Part shown: in pieces, positions 49,875 through 59,563 of the stretch | Layout: each line of letters opens with the position of its first letter | How positions within the stretch are numbered: the first letter of the stretch is position 1 | From: an uncultured virus (IMG/VR IMGVR_UViG_3300028048_001320) | Taxonomy: Duplodnaviria; Heunggongvirae; Uroviricota; Caudoviricetes | DNA length: 64,000 nt | Virus record (IMG/VR): IMGVR_UViG_3300028048_001320 | Direction: 5' to 3' (one strand) | Position numbers and translations under genes: made by a program | Notes under the pieces: model-generated | Told to the model about the DNA's origin: nothing | The model's database searches: none | Seen by the model: the letters and a program-made list of their open reading frames with translations, nothing else

Positions 49875-49903
49875 ATAATAACATATTTTTTAAGAAAAAT
49901 CAA
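49875..49903 (-). promoter_or_regulatory. sigma-A promoter for the helicase
   Basis: TTGATT tttcttaaaaaatatgt TATTAT. Confidence 0.6.
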
Positions 49904-49915
49904 TAAAAACAAAAA

Positions 49916-49974
49916 TTGGGGCGAAAAAGTTGAAAACCTGTTTTTGTTTCAGATTACAGTCATCTTCGCCCCAA
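49916..49974 (-). other. 59-bp inverted-repeat element/RNA hairpin
   Basis: TTGGGGCGAA (49916-49925) / TTCGCCCCAA (49965-49974), with inner AAUCUG/CAGGUU pairing on the minus strand. Confidence 0.7.
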
Positions 49975-50013
49975 GCAAAAATTTTTAAATTTGTCAATTA
50001 AAAATAATATTTA

Positions 50014-50694
50014 TTATATATATTGCCAATGATAGCCTCCAGCAGTTTTTTGTACTCCTCTACAAGCTGCGCTAATGCTAGTATGATTAATGCCAGTTTT
50101 TTCTTCCGCTTGACGAGTTGATTCATAAATTATATTAGTTTCAATACATTTACATCTTTTTCCATTACTATGTTTATTATAATTTGGATTATTATACCCC
50201 TTCATACGCTCACTATGCTGCTGTTTCCATTCTTTAGTATGAGGTTTGTGATTACATCCACCTTGTTTTTTCATAAAATCTGATTGCTGTTTAGCCTTTT
50301 CTTTGCCTTTTTTAGTTTGATAAAAAGTTTTTAGTCCATTACTAATATTATCTTTTTGTTGTTTTGTTAATTTATGACCTTTCCCACCGTCCCCGCCAGG
50401 TGTTAGATTATAATGATTTGAATTTTCATATGTGTTAAAAAATTTTATCCAATATTTTTCTCTTTCATTTGCTATTTTATTATAGTCTTTTTCTTCTATT
50501 ATTTCAATAATAGAAAAAGTAAAATTATTTTCTCCATATGTTCTTATAGCAATATGAATAGGATAATTATCTTTTTTTCTTCTTGCATCAGATTTATGTT
50601 CAACCCATCTATGATAAATATCTTTAGCTTTACCTATATACATATGATGATTAACATTATTTTCAATTTTATAAATACCACTTATCTTTTCCAT
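50014..50694 (-). CDS. free-standing GIY-YIG homing endonuclease (NUMOD3-like and NUMOD1/IENR1 DNA-binding modules)
   Basis: SGIYKIEN...MYIGKA..RWVEH; YNLTPGGDG; C-terminal IYESTRQAEEKTGI...ISAACRG.QKTAGGYHWQY. Confidence 0.9.
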   Translation of the reverse strand: MEKISGIYKIENNVNHHMYIGKAKDIYHRWVEHKSDARRKKDNYPIHIAIRTYGENNFTFSIIEIIEEKDYNKIANEREKYWIKFFNTYENSNHYNLTPGGDGGKGHKLTKQQKDNISNGLKTFYQTKKGKEKAKQQSDFMKKQGGCNHKPHTKEWKQQHSERMKGYNNPNYNKHSNGKRCKCIETNIIYESTRQAEEKTGINHTSISAACRGVQKTAGGYHWQYI

Positions 50695-50705
50695 GATATT
50701 TCCTC

Positions 50706-52466
50706 TTAAAAATAATACTTTGAACTATCAACAATATTAAAATCTTCAATAAAAATTTGTGGAGTTATAATACCCATATAATTATTGGCATTACATTTTC
50801 CAACTATATCCATTTCTATGTAACCATTATTATTTTTGGTTAATTTATCACATAACTCTTCATCAGCATTAAACTTCATAATACTAACTCCATTAGTTAA
50901 ACTAATTTTAATGGTATTAGTTGATTTTCTATATATATCCACCATATTAGGTGTAATTTTTAAACTTTCTATCGCAATAAAAGGTTCAGATAATTCAGTA
51001 CCCCAATAGTTCTCCATATTTGCTATATCAAGTAGTGTATTAGCATCTACTTGTTGACCTTTAAATATATAATCTACATAATAAACAGGTTCATCAGACA
51101 TATCTACTAAAGCATCGTTCATATACTTTATAAACTGTTCAATATCTTTTTTATATATCTTCAAACCAAAGGCATTAGGATGCCCTATGGCATACTCTAT
51201 TAAATTGCTATCTAAACACATTTGCTTAAAATCAGTAACTCCAGCTAAAGAGCAACCGCGCGCGCTTCCCGCATAAGCATCCTCTTTCTTATCTTTTGTT
51301 AATATACAACAAGGACGCTGATATTTTGCCATAAATTTATTAGCTATTAATCCGCGCACTTCCGCAGGTACATTACTTTTTTCATCAAGAAGTAAAATTA
51401 ATACTTTGCAATTATCAAGCAAATTATAATCTTTAATCTGTTTTTCAAGTTTTTCAAGAGAAGCATCTTGTACTCTTGTTTGTCTATTTTTTACATTAGT
51501 GCTAGTTCTTACCGCTTGTTCTACTATTGTCTCCATCTCACCAAGCTTATGACCTCGTTTAGTGGAAGGCACCTTTTCAAAAGCATAATACTGAACCATA
51601 CTTTTAAATACCAATTGTTTTTCTTCTAATGTACCACTTCTTTGTATTGCATTAAGTAGCGGAACGATATAAAATGCAGCTCCAGTAGGGGTAATTTTAT
51701 CTCCAAGTTTAAAAGCATTTTTTTGTGCCATATGATATAAAAATGGATTATGAAGATTCAATAATCCAGCTTGAATTAATGCTTTAGTCTCAACCGACCT
51801 AATATCCATCATATCGGCAACTAAACCTATTGCAACTAAATCGAGATATTGGTCTGCATATTGAGTTGACATTACAGAATCAAAAAATCTACAAAATTGC
51901 CATACTACTCCAACTCCGCTTAGGGCTTTGTTTGGATAATTACTATAACCATCTTGATTATTTATAATAACTGCATATGGGTTTTCAGTATCAAAATCAT
52001 GGTGGTCAAGAATTAATACTTCTATACCATGTTCTGATAACATTTGACATTCATCTTTATCATTACTACCCGCGTCTGGGCATAACACAAATTTAAAATC
52101 ATTTTCAATTATATAATCAACACAATCATTTAATCCATGTTGTTTTCCATCATGGAAATAAATTTTAATATTAGAAACCCATTGTGGAAAGAAATTATAT
52201 AAATAATTTAGTAATAATGCAGAGCTAGTATTACCATCCACATCAGGGTCAACAATAATAATAGTTTTACTATTATCTTTAATATGTTTACTTAATATTT
52301 GTACTGCTTTCTGCATTATATCTATGCCGAAAGCTTCCGGATTATTGATGTCTTTTAATGATGCATTAATATATTTATTGAGCTGATTTTCTGTAATACC
52401 TCTATTAAATAGCACCTGCGCGCGGGCATTATTCCAGGTTACAGGTGCTATTAACTGATATTTCAT
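50706..52466 (-). CDS. recJ: RecJ-like DHH ssDNA exonuclease
   Basis: DPDVDG, ILDHH, LSGVGV, AIGLVADMM, GSARG, GHPNAFG. Confidence 0.9.
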   Translation of the reverse strand: MKYQLIAPVTWNNARAQVLFNRGITENQLNKYINASLKDINNPEAFGIDIMQKAVQILSKHIKDNSKTIIIVDPDVDGNTSSALLLNYLYNFFPQWVSNIKIYFHDGKQHGLNDCVDYIIENDFKFVLCPDAGSNDKDECQMLSEHGIEVLILDHHDFDTENPYAVIINNQDGYSNYPNKALSGVGVVWQFCRFFDSVMSTQYADQYLDLVAIGLVADMMDIRSVETKALIQAGLLNLHNPFLYHMAQKNAFKLGDKITPTGAAFYIVPLLNAIQRSGTLEEKQLVFKSMVQYYAFEKVPSTKRGHKLGEMETIVEQAVRTSTNVKNRQTRVQDASLEKLEKQIKDYNLLDNCKVLILLLDEKSNVPAEVRGLIANKFMAKYQRPCCILTKDKKEDAYAGSARGCSLAGVTDFKQMCLDSNLIEYAIGHPNAFGLKIYKKDIEQFIKYMNDALVDMSDEPVYYVDYIFKGQQVDANTLLDIANMENYWGTELSEPFIAIESLKITPNMVDIYRKSTNTIKISLTNGVSIMKFNADEELCDKLTKNNNGYIEMDIVGKCNANNYMGIITPQIFIEDFNIVDSSKYYF

Positions 52467-52936
52467 TAATCTTCTTTAATCCAATCTTTAAAAATATTAT
52501 TAAAGTAATTAGTATCTCCAAACATATGTTTGATTATTGCTATTGCAAAACCTTTTTCTGCATCGTATTTATCGCCTTCCTGACATTTAACGATAGTCTT
52601 TTCACCATTCTTCCATAGAATAATAGTATAAGGCTCATTGAATATTACATTCTTTATTTTGCAACTAAATCTATCAATCTCTACTCTTTTATTATTTTCA
52701 ATTTTCTTTTTGAGTAATTCTTCTGCTTCTTTAGCTTTCTTCTCTGTAACATCCTTTAATAGATAGTCAAGCATATCATCATCATAGAAAGAACGTGTAG
52801 AACAATTAATTGTTGAAGCAGGCTTTGCTATTGAACTCCTTGTACGTTCCATATCTTCAATAACACCAAGCCATGATGGGTTTTTTGTAAAATTTGCATT
52901 AATTGTTTCATCCGATATCATAAAGTTTCTTATCAT
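52466..52936 (-). CDS. hypothetical phage protein
   Basis: C-terminal 'VIFNEPYTIILWKNGEKTIVKC...YDAEKG' domain of a kind often seen in phage proteins. Confidence 0.8.
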   Translation of the reverse strand: MIRNFMISDETINANFTKNPSWLGVIEDMERTRSSIAKPASTINCSTRSFYDDDMLDYLLKDVTEKKAKEAEELLKKKIENNKRVEIDRFSCKIKNVIFNEPYTIILWKNGEKTIVKCQEGDKYDAEKGFAIAIIKHMFGDTNYFNNIFKDWIKED

Positions 52937-52973
52937 TTTTATTTACCTCTTTTTATTTATTTTTATATATAAT

Positions 52974-53002
52974 ATTATATCATAATTTTTTCTGAAAGTC
53001 AA
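52974..53002 (-). promoter_or_regulatory. sigma-A promoter overlapping the primase stop
   Basis: TTGACT ttcagaaaaaattatga TATAAT. Confidence 0.8.
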
Positions 53003-54111
53003 TCCAAAGTAATTCTATCTTCTAACATTTCAAGGAATATCTGTTTCCCGCCATCTATAGGACTAGCCTTATAATCTAATTTATTATTTATATCAAACAT
53101 AAAACTTATTTTAACATATTTTCCATATTTTTCATGGATACTCTGTAATTTTTTAGTCCATCGTTTCCATTCTTCATCTCCAGCTTTTTGAAACTGTTTA
53201 TCAAAAGCAACAACTATTTCTTCAACACCTAAAGACATTAATAATAGAAATTGATGTATGGTCAAATTGCTTCCGCAAGTTGCCACTGTTATATCATTAT
53301 CCATGCCAAAATATGAAGCATAACCTAAACAGAATTTTTCACCTTCTCCTACGATGGCTATTTTAAATTGCTTAATTTTATCTTTACTTTTATTTATATT
53401 ATATAAATTAAAACCTAAAGGATGATTGTACATTTTTCCATTTATGATTGCGGGCATGTATTTTCCACGTTCTTCATTTTCTTTAACAAGTGTACGCTCT
53501 CTAATTCCAATTAAATTATTATTTATATCACGATGTGGAATAACAATACCCCAGTTATAAGGGTCGAAGCGGATGCCCCTATCAATCATTACTTCTTCTG
53601 TAATACCTTCTTTTAACCATGGCCCTATTGGACGATAGGTTAAGTGTTCCAATATTGCGGGATTAAAAACCTTCATTTCAATTGTCGTTTGCTGTGTGTC
53701 TACAGCATTATTTCTTTCATATTTATCAAAAATTGAAAAATCTATAATGTTGTCCACATTTTTAGAAAAATCGTTGACAACATCAAGCCCGAAATAATTT
53801 ATAATATAAATTTGAGCATCATATAAAGACCATTCTATTCCAGATTGGAGCTTCATGATTTTTCGAGTCAAGTCAAAGATGTCAAATCCTGCGGTTTCCG
53901 CACATTCTGTATAGCACTTAAATAATTTTGTATTTTCATAATAATACAATTTATGCGAAGCATCAGAATTTGGCGGATTATGACAAATTGTACGAGACAC
54001 TAAAGCTCCTATACGTTTCATGGGGTCTCCGCCATGGTCTGCTAAAAACTGTTCTATTTGTTCTATTGTTAAAGAGTTTTTAATTTCATCTTTATCAAAA
54101 TTAATGCTCAT
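52999..54111 (-). CDS. dnaG: DNA primase (Zn-binding + TOPRIM)
   Basis: TICHN...FKCYTEC Zn domain; IVIPHRD, LYNIN, GEGEK, VATCGS, VAFD; follows the helicase. Confidence 0.85.
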   Translation of the reverse strand: MSINFDKDEIKNSLTIEQIEQFLADHGGDPMKRIGALVSRTICHNPPNSDASHKLYYYENTKLFKCYTECAETAGFDIFDLTRKIMKLQSGIEWSLYDAQIYIINYFGLDVVNDFSKNVDNIIDFSIFDKYERNNAVDTQQTTIEMKVFNPAILEHLTYRPIGPWLKEGITEEVMIDRGIRFDPYNWGIVIPHRDINNNLIGIRERTLVKENEERGKYMPAIINGKMYNHPLGFNLYNINKSKDKIKQFKIAIVGEGEKFCLGYASYFGMDNDITVATCGSNLTIHQFLLLMSLGVEEIVVAFDKQFQKAGDEEWKRWTKKLQSIHEKYGKYVKISFMFDINNKLDYKASPIDGGKQIFLEMLEDRITLD

Positions 54112-55662
54112 TTAAAATGCACTCTCCCAATTTTCTGTTTTTGGTTTTATATTAATTATTAAATCTTCTATTTCAATAGGTTCATATAAATACGAAGTAA
54201 TAAACTGAGGTTCTAATCTACATATACCTAAGTCCGGATTACACCAAAGGAAAATGTGATTATACCTACCTCGTCTATTCTTATATATAGATATTTTTAA
54301 CGTTGGCATATTAAAACCATTTTTAGAACAAAATACTTTTAACGACTCTCTATCTTGTTCTGTTACTGGAAGTAATATCATACCAGCATCAACCTTATCT
54401 GCAATTGCTTTCGCGCCTCTTAATAAATTTTGGTCAAATGATTTAGATTCAATATAATCACCATTTAACTGAGTTGCGGTAAGTATAAAAACTCCATACT
54501 GCTGTGCTATATCTTTTAGCCTTACGCTAATCATAAATAGGATATTATCTTCTCTTAATCCTTTTACATTAGCTTTTCCGCTAATCTCACTTAAAATTTT
54601 AATACTTGAATGTATGTAATCAAAACATACATATCTTACATTATGCTTGCGGATACCAAGTTTAATAATATTTTCTACGTCCTGTAAACTAAAGTCAGGA
54701 AGTTCTTTAATGAATAAAGGACTTCTATCTAGTATCTTTATTGCTTTTTTAACTCTTTCGTCCTCTTCTTCACTAAGTTTATTTTCAAGAATTTTATCTT
54801 CTGATACACCCGCAATAAAAGCCCACAGCATTGTTTGGATTTCGTCTTTCTTTTGCTCTGTTGTTATAAAAATTGTAGGTTCTGCTGTACCATTTTTCTT
54901 CCATTCCTTTGTGACAACATCATAAAGTTCATCACAAGCAAAATTACAGGCATCTGCAATCATATATCTAGTCTTACCAAAGTTAGTTGGTGCAGAACGA
55001 AGAAATACACAACCAAATCTAGCACCTCTAAAAATTTTATTAATATACTTTCCGCACATTGGATAGCCAACATTCGGTGCTTTCTTCAATTCATTATATA
55101 AATCTTCAGCACCTTCAGAAGCTAATACAATATCATCTGAACCATTATCTACAAATTTTACCTTAATTTCTTCAATTTTGTCATTTATTAAATCTGCTAT
55201 TTCAACAAGAGAATGATTATCTAACCAATCTTCTTGCTGTTGTTTCTTTTTTATATCTATAACATTATTGGCATCATAAATAGAACTTACATCTACTCCA
55301 TGACTATCATACATACGAAGTAGTGTAAACTTTTTCATTCTTTTATAATAATAATCAAAAGTAGCGACTGATACAGATTCTATACATTTCTGCAGCCACT
55401 CTGCGCCATTATATGCTTTATAAACCGCAAACTTTTTGTCTCTCTGTTCAAGATAATCTTCTATTGTATTAATTGTAATCACTTTTGCACCAAGCGCATG
55501 AAGATTATATATTGAACCAAACATAATTCTATGAAAGTCTTGCGGGAAATCTTCTTCATTAAATTTATACTGTACATCATCTAATAGGGAAGGGTTTTGA
55601 AAAATACTACCTATTACTTGAATAATTGATTTTGTGTCTATGTAGTTACTCTTCATCTTCAT
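54112..55662 (-). CDS. dnaB: DnaB-like replicative helicase
   Basis: RSAPTNFGKTR (variant Walker A), FITTEQ, CFDYIH, TATQLN, LRGAKAIADKVD, YKNRRG. Confidence 0.88.
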   Translation of the reverse strand: MKMKSNYIDTKSIIQVIGSIFQNPSLLDDVQYKFNEEDFPQDFHRIMFGSIYNLHALGAKVITINTIEDYLEQRDKKFAVYKAYNGAEWLQKCIESVSVATFDYYYKRMKKFTLLRMYDSHGVDVSSIYDANNVIDIKKKQQQEDWLDNHSLVEIADLINDKIEEIKVKFVDNGSDDIVLASEGAEDLYNELKKAPNVGYPMCGKYINKIFRGARFGCVFLRSAPTNFGKTRYMIADACNFACDELYDVVTKEWKKNGTAEPTIFITTEQKKDEIQTMLWAFIAGVSEDKILENKLSEEEDERVKKAIKILDRSPLFIKELPDFSLQDVENIIKLGIRKHNVRYVCFDYIHSSIKILSEISGKANVKGLREDNILFMISVRLKDIAQQYGVFILTATQLNGDYIESKSFDQNLLRGAKAIADKVDAGMILLPVTEQDRESLKVFCSKNGFNMPTLKISIYKNRRGRYNHIFLWCNPDLGICRLEPQFITSYLYEPIEIEDLIINIKPKTENWESAF

Positions 55663-56176
55663 CCTCCATATCTAAATTAAATAGTTTGGGCGGCAGCACC
55701 TTTGCAACCGGCGCGTCAATTTCAATTTCTACACTGGATGTTTTATAATCACCAGTCCCCGCCCTCTGTGCTGCTAAATAAATTTCATAATAGTAATTAT
55801 ATGCTTGAGAATAACAAAAAGGTATAATACCTATTGAGCCTTCTCTTAATTTTGCTTTTGAGTTGCCTTTAACTTCATAAAAATAAAGTAAACTTTTAAG
55901 CATGCCACTATATGTATATTGATAATCTTTAATCCACGCATCAGTTATTTTTTTAAACTGAACAAAATTAAAATTATCTCCTTGTTCTTTTTTTACATAT
56001 TGATATAATTCATCAAAATCTTTTTCTTCTTGTGTTTTCTTTGTTTCTTGTTCCTGTCCACATTTAACATGTGCATATCTATTACTTCTTGGTTTAAACC
56101 ATGTAATACCTTCTTCCTCAGGAACAATATTAAAATGTTCTCCACAATATAAACATTTTACAATATGTTGAGCCAT
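55646..56176 (-). CDS. Zn-binding protein, helicase loader/initiator candidate
   Basis: N-terminal CLYC...HVKC, 'SIGIIPF' motif; overlaps the dnaB start. Confidence 0.5.
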   Translation of the reverse strand: MAQHIVKCLYCGEHFNIVPEEEGITWFKPRSNRYAHVKCGQEQETKKTQEEKDFDELYQYVKKEQGDNFNFVQFKKITDAWIKDYQYTYSGMLKSLLYFYEVKGNSKAKLREGSIGIIPFCYSQAYNYYYEIYLAAQRAGTGDYKTSSVEIEIDAPVAKVLPPKLFNLDMEDEDEE

Positions 56177-56178
56177 AA

Positions 56179-56325
56179 TTACTCCTTATCAAGTATTTGA
56201 GTCATTAAATTTAATAAGTTATTAATTTTCTTTGCAGAATTTAATGGAATATCCATATCTTTAACCAGAATTACTTGTATTTTTTTTATTATTTCTTTTA
56301 CTGCATCATTTTTATTTTTACTCAT
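56179..56325 (-). CDS. small hypothetical protein (48 aa)
   Basis: Not in the ORF track. MSKNKNDAVKEIIKKIQVILVKDMDIPLNSAKKINNLLNLMTQILDKE*; SD AAAGGAAG; its end contains the next gene's SD. Confidence 0.65.
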   Translation of the reverse strand: MSKNKNDAVKEIIKKIQVILVKDMDIPLNSAKKINNLLNLMTQILDKE

Positions 56326-56376
56326 AAAATCACTTCCTTTTTTATTTTATTATATCATATTTTTTTATAAAAATAA

Positions 56377-56413
56377 AGAAAAAGCATTTGAAATAATCTC
56401 AAATGCTTTTTCT
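56377..56413 (-). terminator. stem-loop terminator
   Basis: AGAAAAAGCATTTGA / TCAAATGCTTTTTCT. Confidence 0.7.
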
Positions 56414-56424
56414 ATTTATTAAAA

Positions 56425-57414
56425 TTATAAAGTTTTTAGGTCGTCAACAATTAAAGCTAGCTGTTCTACTTGATCCCTACTCATTTCATTAACCTTCTTG
56501 CCTTTCCCTAAAAACTTATCAATAATCTGAGTAATTCTTGGAGCGTAATATGTTGCCATCTTTTCTTCATCTGCGCTATATTGGTCTATAAGCGATTTAA
56601 ATGTATTCATAAGTTCATCAAAATCAAGATGTGAACTTGTGTCTTTATAAGCATTTTCTCTTTCATCGGTATATAATTCATTACCATCTTCCTGAGCCTG
56701 CTTATCAATTGCTTCCGCGATGGCATTTACAAGATTATCATAAGTAAACTCTATATAATCTGGAGTATACTTAAAGCGGGAACCCGCCTCATATCTCTGT
56801 GTACCACGCATAAATAATATAGTTTTATTATTTCCGTTTTCATCAGTTACTGCTCTTGAATAACCAATAATATCTGCCATTCTTGCTACTATATTATTTG
56901 CTCTTTTATCAAGAGTAGGAACAATTTTATTATATTCCTGACCTGATTCATCTTTGAAAGTTTTATCTGTTGAGTGAGAAATGAGTACAATACCATATCC
57001 CATCTGAACTATACTTCTAAGTTTTTCATCAAATTCCGCACTAACTAATGTATATCCTTTACCATATGGTATGTCAGCTATTGTATTAGCTCCATTAGCT
57101 TGACATATATACTTTTCGCAATATGAATATGCAATATCACTAGTATCTATAATAATTGTTTCAAATCTTTCTTTTACTTTATCATCTTTAAGCTGCTTAC
57201 ATACTTTAAGAAATTCAGCCCATGAATTGATTGGTTGTGCCATAACTCCTGCAAGAGCATTATAACCTTTTTCAAATGCAAGTAAAAGTGAATTTGGAAA
57301 CTTACTTGCTATTGTTGTTTTACCACTTTTTGGCTCGCCAAAGAAAAATACCGAATACCCTCTTAAATCTCGACTAACCTTATGAGGTTCAAGTCCTAAT
57401 AAATCTATATCCAT
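56425..57414 (-). CDS. AAA_24/Sak4-like ATPase (ssDNA-annealing recombinase candidate)
   Basis: GEPKSGKTT, IIIDT, LISHS, ADIIGY, EAGSRF; adjacent to SSB. Confidence 0.8.
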   Translation of the reverse strand: MDIDLLGLEPHKVSRDLRGYSVFFFGEPKSGKTTIASKFPNSLLLAFEKGYNALAGVMAQPINSWAEFLKVCKQLKDDKVKERFETIIIDTSDIAYSYCEKYICQANGANTIADIPYGKGYTLVSAEFDEKLRSIVQMGYGIVLISHSTDKTFKDESGQEYNKIVPTLDKRANNIVARMADIIGYSRAVTDENGNNKTILFMRGTQRYEAGSRFKYTPDYIEFTYDNLVNAIAEAIDKQAQEDGNELYTDERENAYKDTSSHLDFDELMNTFKSLIDQYSADEEKMATYYAPRITQIIDKFLGKGKKVNEMSRDQVEQLALIVDDLKTL

Positions 57415-57454
57415 TAAAGTTTACCTCCTTAATTAAGTTTCAGCGGGATTCAAG

Positions 57455-58414
57455 TTAAAACTTGAATCCACCTGACTTAACTGCTGCGGAAGCTGCCTGA
57501 GCTGCAGGACTTGCGTTAGATGCAGCGGCATTACCCTGAGAAGCTCTCCATTCGTCACTTCTCTTCTTTGTTTCAGCAAGATAAACTTCTCTATCCTGAA
57601 GAGCCTTTTCAAACTCTTTAGCTGTAATAGTAGCATCTGTATCAAATTCGTAAGGAACTGGGTTTGCACCAGTAATAAGGAATTCTCTACTTCTACGAGT
57701 TACTGTATCAACTGTAGCTTCTCCGAAAGCTGATTCTGTTACCTTTTCAATCTTCTTAAAAGTATTAACAATCTTGCCCCATACCTTTGTGAAAATAGGA
57801 TGCTCTGGAGATGCATCAAGGTCTACAAAATACTTAATAGCTGATTCATTTCTTGCAACAAGTGTGATTGGAAGAACTGCATTTCTAAAATCAAATGCAT
57901 ATCCCTTAATCTCTGCATATGAATCGCCATCTTCAGGAACTACTTCATTAACGCTACCAATAATAACATCTACTGTAAACTTACTTCTTCCAACATCTCC
58001 CTCTGGATGAAGTGTAGTTTCTGGAACGATACTAACAAATCCACCCTCATTTCTAGGATTTGATACTGGAACTTCCTGTCCCTGTGGGAAGAAATCATTA
58101 ACAGAATATGAAGGATTAGCCTTAATAACTGTAGCTGCTTCATATCCATCATTAATAACTGTCTTTCCGCTATCAATTATCTGCTTAAGAGCTGTATAAG
58201 TAGCGTTTGACTTACCTGAGCTATAAACAGGTGTTACATAAGTATAATGAACCTGAACAATATTTTCAAGTGAAGCATCTGTTGCAATATCTACAGTACC
58301 GTTAATATAATGAGTACCAGGCTGCTTAGAATTTTCACCAGTTACCTTTTCTGCTAAATCAAACTGATAAATCTTACCTTCAATATTCATTGTGTTTTCG
58401 TTTTTGTCTCTCAT
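57455..58414 (-). CDS. single-stranded DNA-binding protein (phage type)
   Basis: Highly expressed codon bias, two OB-like halves, Ala-rich tail ending GGFKF; next to the Sak4-like gene. Confidence 0.65.
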   Translation of the reverse strand: MRDKNENTMNIEGKIYQFDLAEKVTGENSKQPGTHYINGTVDIATDASLENIVQVHYTYVTPVYSSGKSNATYTALKQIIDSGKTVINDGYEAATVIKANPSYSVNDFFPQGQEVPVSNPRNEGGFVSIVPETTLHPEGDVGRSKFTVDVIIGSVNEVVPEDGDSYAEIKGYAFDFRNAVLPITLVARNESAIKYFVDLDASPEHPIFTKVWGKIVNTFKKIEKVTESAFGEATVDTVTRRSREFLITGANPVPYEFDTDATITAKEFEKALQDREVYLAETKKRSDEWRASQGNAAASNASPAAQAASAAVKSGGFKF

Positions 58415-58448
58415 TTTTATTTTCTCCTTAAATTTTACTTATAATATA

Positions 58449-58477
58449 ATTATAACATAAATTTTTTATTTTGTCAA
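58449..58477 (-). promoter_or_regulatory. sigma-A promoter overlapping the upstream stop
   Basis: TTGACA aaataaaaaatttatgt TATAAT. Confidence 0.85.
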
Positions 58478-58839
58478 CTTTCTGCTTTTTCTGGCTGAAA
58501 GTTAATACCTTTATCAGTAATTTTATATGCTGCGGGATTACCTGCCTGCTTTTCAACGAAACCATCTTCAACGAGCTTGCGCATAGTACCTGATACACTT
58601 TTACCAGATATATCAAGTCTTTCACCAAGCGCCTTAGCTGTAATCCAATCATTAACTTCTTTTAAACCTACAAGAATATTATATCCTTTATCTGTTATTT
58701 CTTTGCGACCTGAAGTTTTACCCTTCTTATAATCTTCAAAAAAATCAAGAGCTTCTTGTGGGATATTATCTTCAAACGTATACTTTGCAAATAAACTTTC
58801 TACTGTTTCAATAAAAATATTTTTTCTTTCATCTGTCAT
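58474..58839 (-). CDS. winged-helix DNA-binding protein
   Basis: ITAKALGERLDISGKSVSGTMRKLVEDGFVEK...YKITDKG. Confidence 0.8.
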   Translation of the reverse strand: MTDERKNIFIETVESLFAKYTFEDNIPQEALDFFEDYKKGKTSGRKEITDKGYNILVGLKEVNDWITAKALGERLDISGKSVSGTMRKLVEDGFVEKQAGNPAAYKITDKGINFQPEKAES

Positions 58840-58874
58840 AATTATTTTACCTCTTTTTATTTTCTTATATAATA

Positions 58875-58903
58875 ATTATAACAAATTTTTTTAAAAAATG
58901 CAA
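58875..58903 (-). promoter_or_regulatory. sigma-A promoter
   Basis: TTGCAT-17-TATAAT with TG extension. Confidence 0.7.
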
Positions 58904-59563
58904 TTAATAAGGATAAAATATTAATTCGTCTGCATAAGGGAGGGTGTGAACCCAATCAATAAACTGCGCCCACTCTGATAACTTATGCCCTCTGCGCTGC
59001 CGCACAATAGAATAAAGATTTTCATAATTCATAGTAACTGTACGAGTTTGAAGATAGCTTTCCGGAAGAATACGGATTAATTCTTTCCAATATCTTTTAT
59101 CTTTTGTTTCTATATATCTTTGACGGAGTGTTTCACATATATCAATTATATAATCCCATAATTCATCTGTAAAATCATCAGGACTATAAGGTTCTCTGTC
59201 AAATACTTTTACTCGTTCAAAATCATTCATTTCAAAGTCTTCTATTGTAATTGGCTTTGAAGCAAGTTTATGCATTGTACTTGTGCTATTTGCGGTTGTA
59301 CCTATTTTATAAGTATCGAATTCCTTCCACCAATACATAGGTGCAGTTATATCAACAGACACCATGATTTGACGCATAAATTTACGATGTTCAGAACCGC
59401 CCGCAATAAGTCTTTGAAGAAGGTCTAAATCATTTTCACCGAGGACAGTATCATAAGTATTCTCGTAAAATTCACTATCCATTTTACCCCAACTATTCAT
59501 TGGATTACGGGCACCACGCACCGCGTGATAAAAACCCCATACATCAGTTTCTAAAAAATTCAT
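58904..59563 (-). CDS. divergent ThyX-like (flavin-dependent thymidylate synthase fold) protein
   Basis: G.EHRK..R...VDITAP..WW.EFDTY...NSTSTMH ... RILPESY.QTR.VTMNYENL..I..QRRGH aligns by eye to ThyX but lacks RHR. Confidence 0.6.
   Translation of the reverse strand: MNFLETDVWGFYHAVRGARNPMNSWGKMDSEFYENTYDTVLGENDLDLLQRLIAGGSEHRKFMRQIMVSVDITAPMYWWKEFDTYKIGTTANSTSTMHKLASKPITIEDFEMNDFERVKVFDREPYSPDDFTDELWDYIIDICETLRQRYIETKDKRYWKELIRILPESYLQTRTVTMNYENLYSIVRQRRGHKLSEWAQFIDWVHTLPYADELIFYPY

Noticed and set aside
49998..50706. Group I intron carrying the GIY-YIG gene
   Set aside because: recJ is complete with its own stop, the HEG has its own SD 11 nt later, and there is no room for a ribozyme core.
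35699..58652. Short overlapping ORFs (35699, 36142, 39657, 41652, 41964, 54647, 54835, 57433, 57774, 57970, 58428)
   Set aside because: Shadow frames of well-supported genes.
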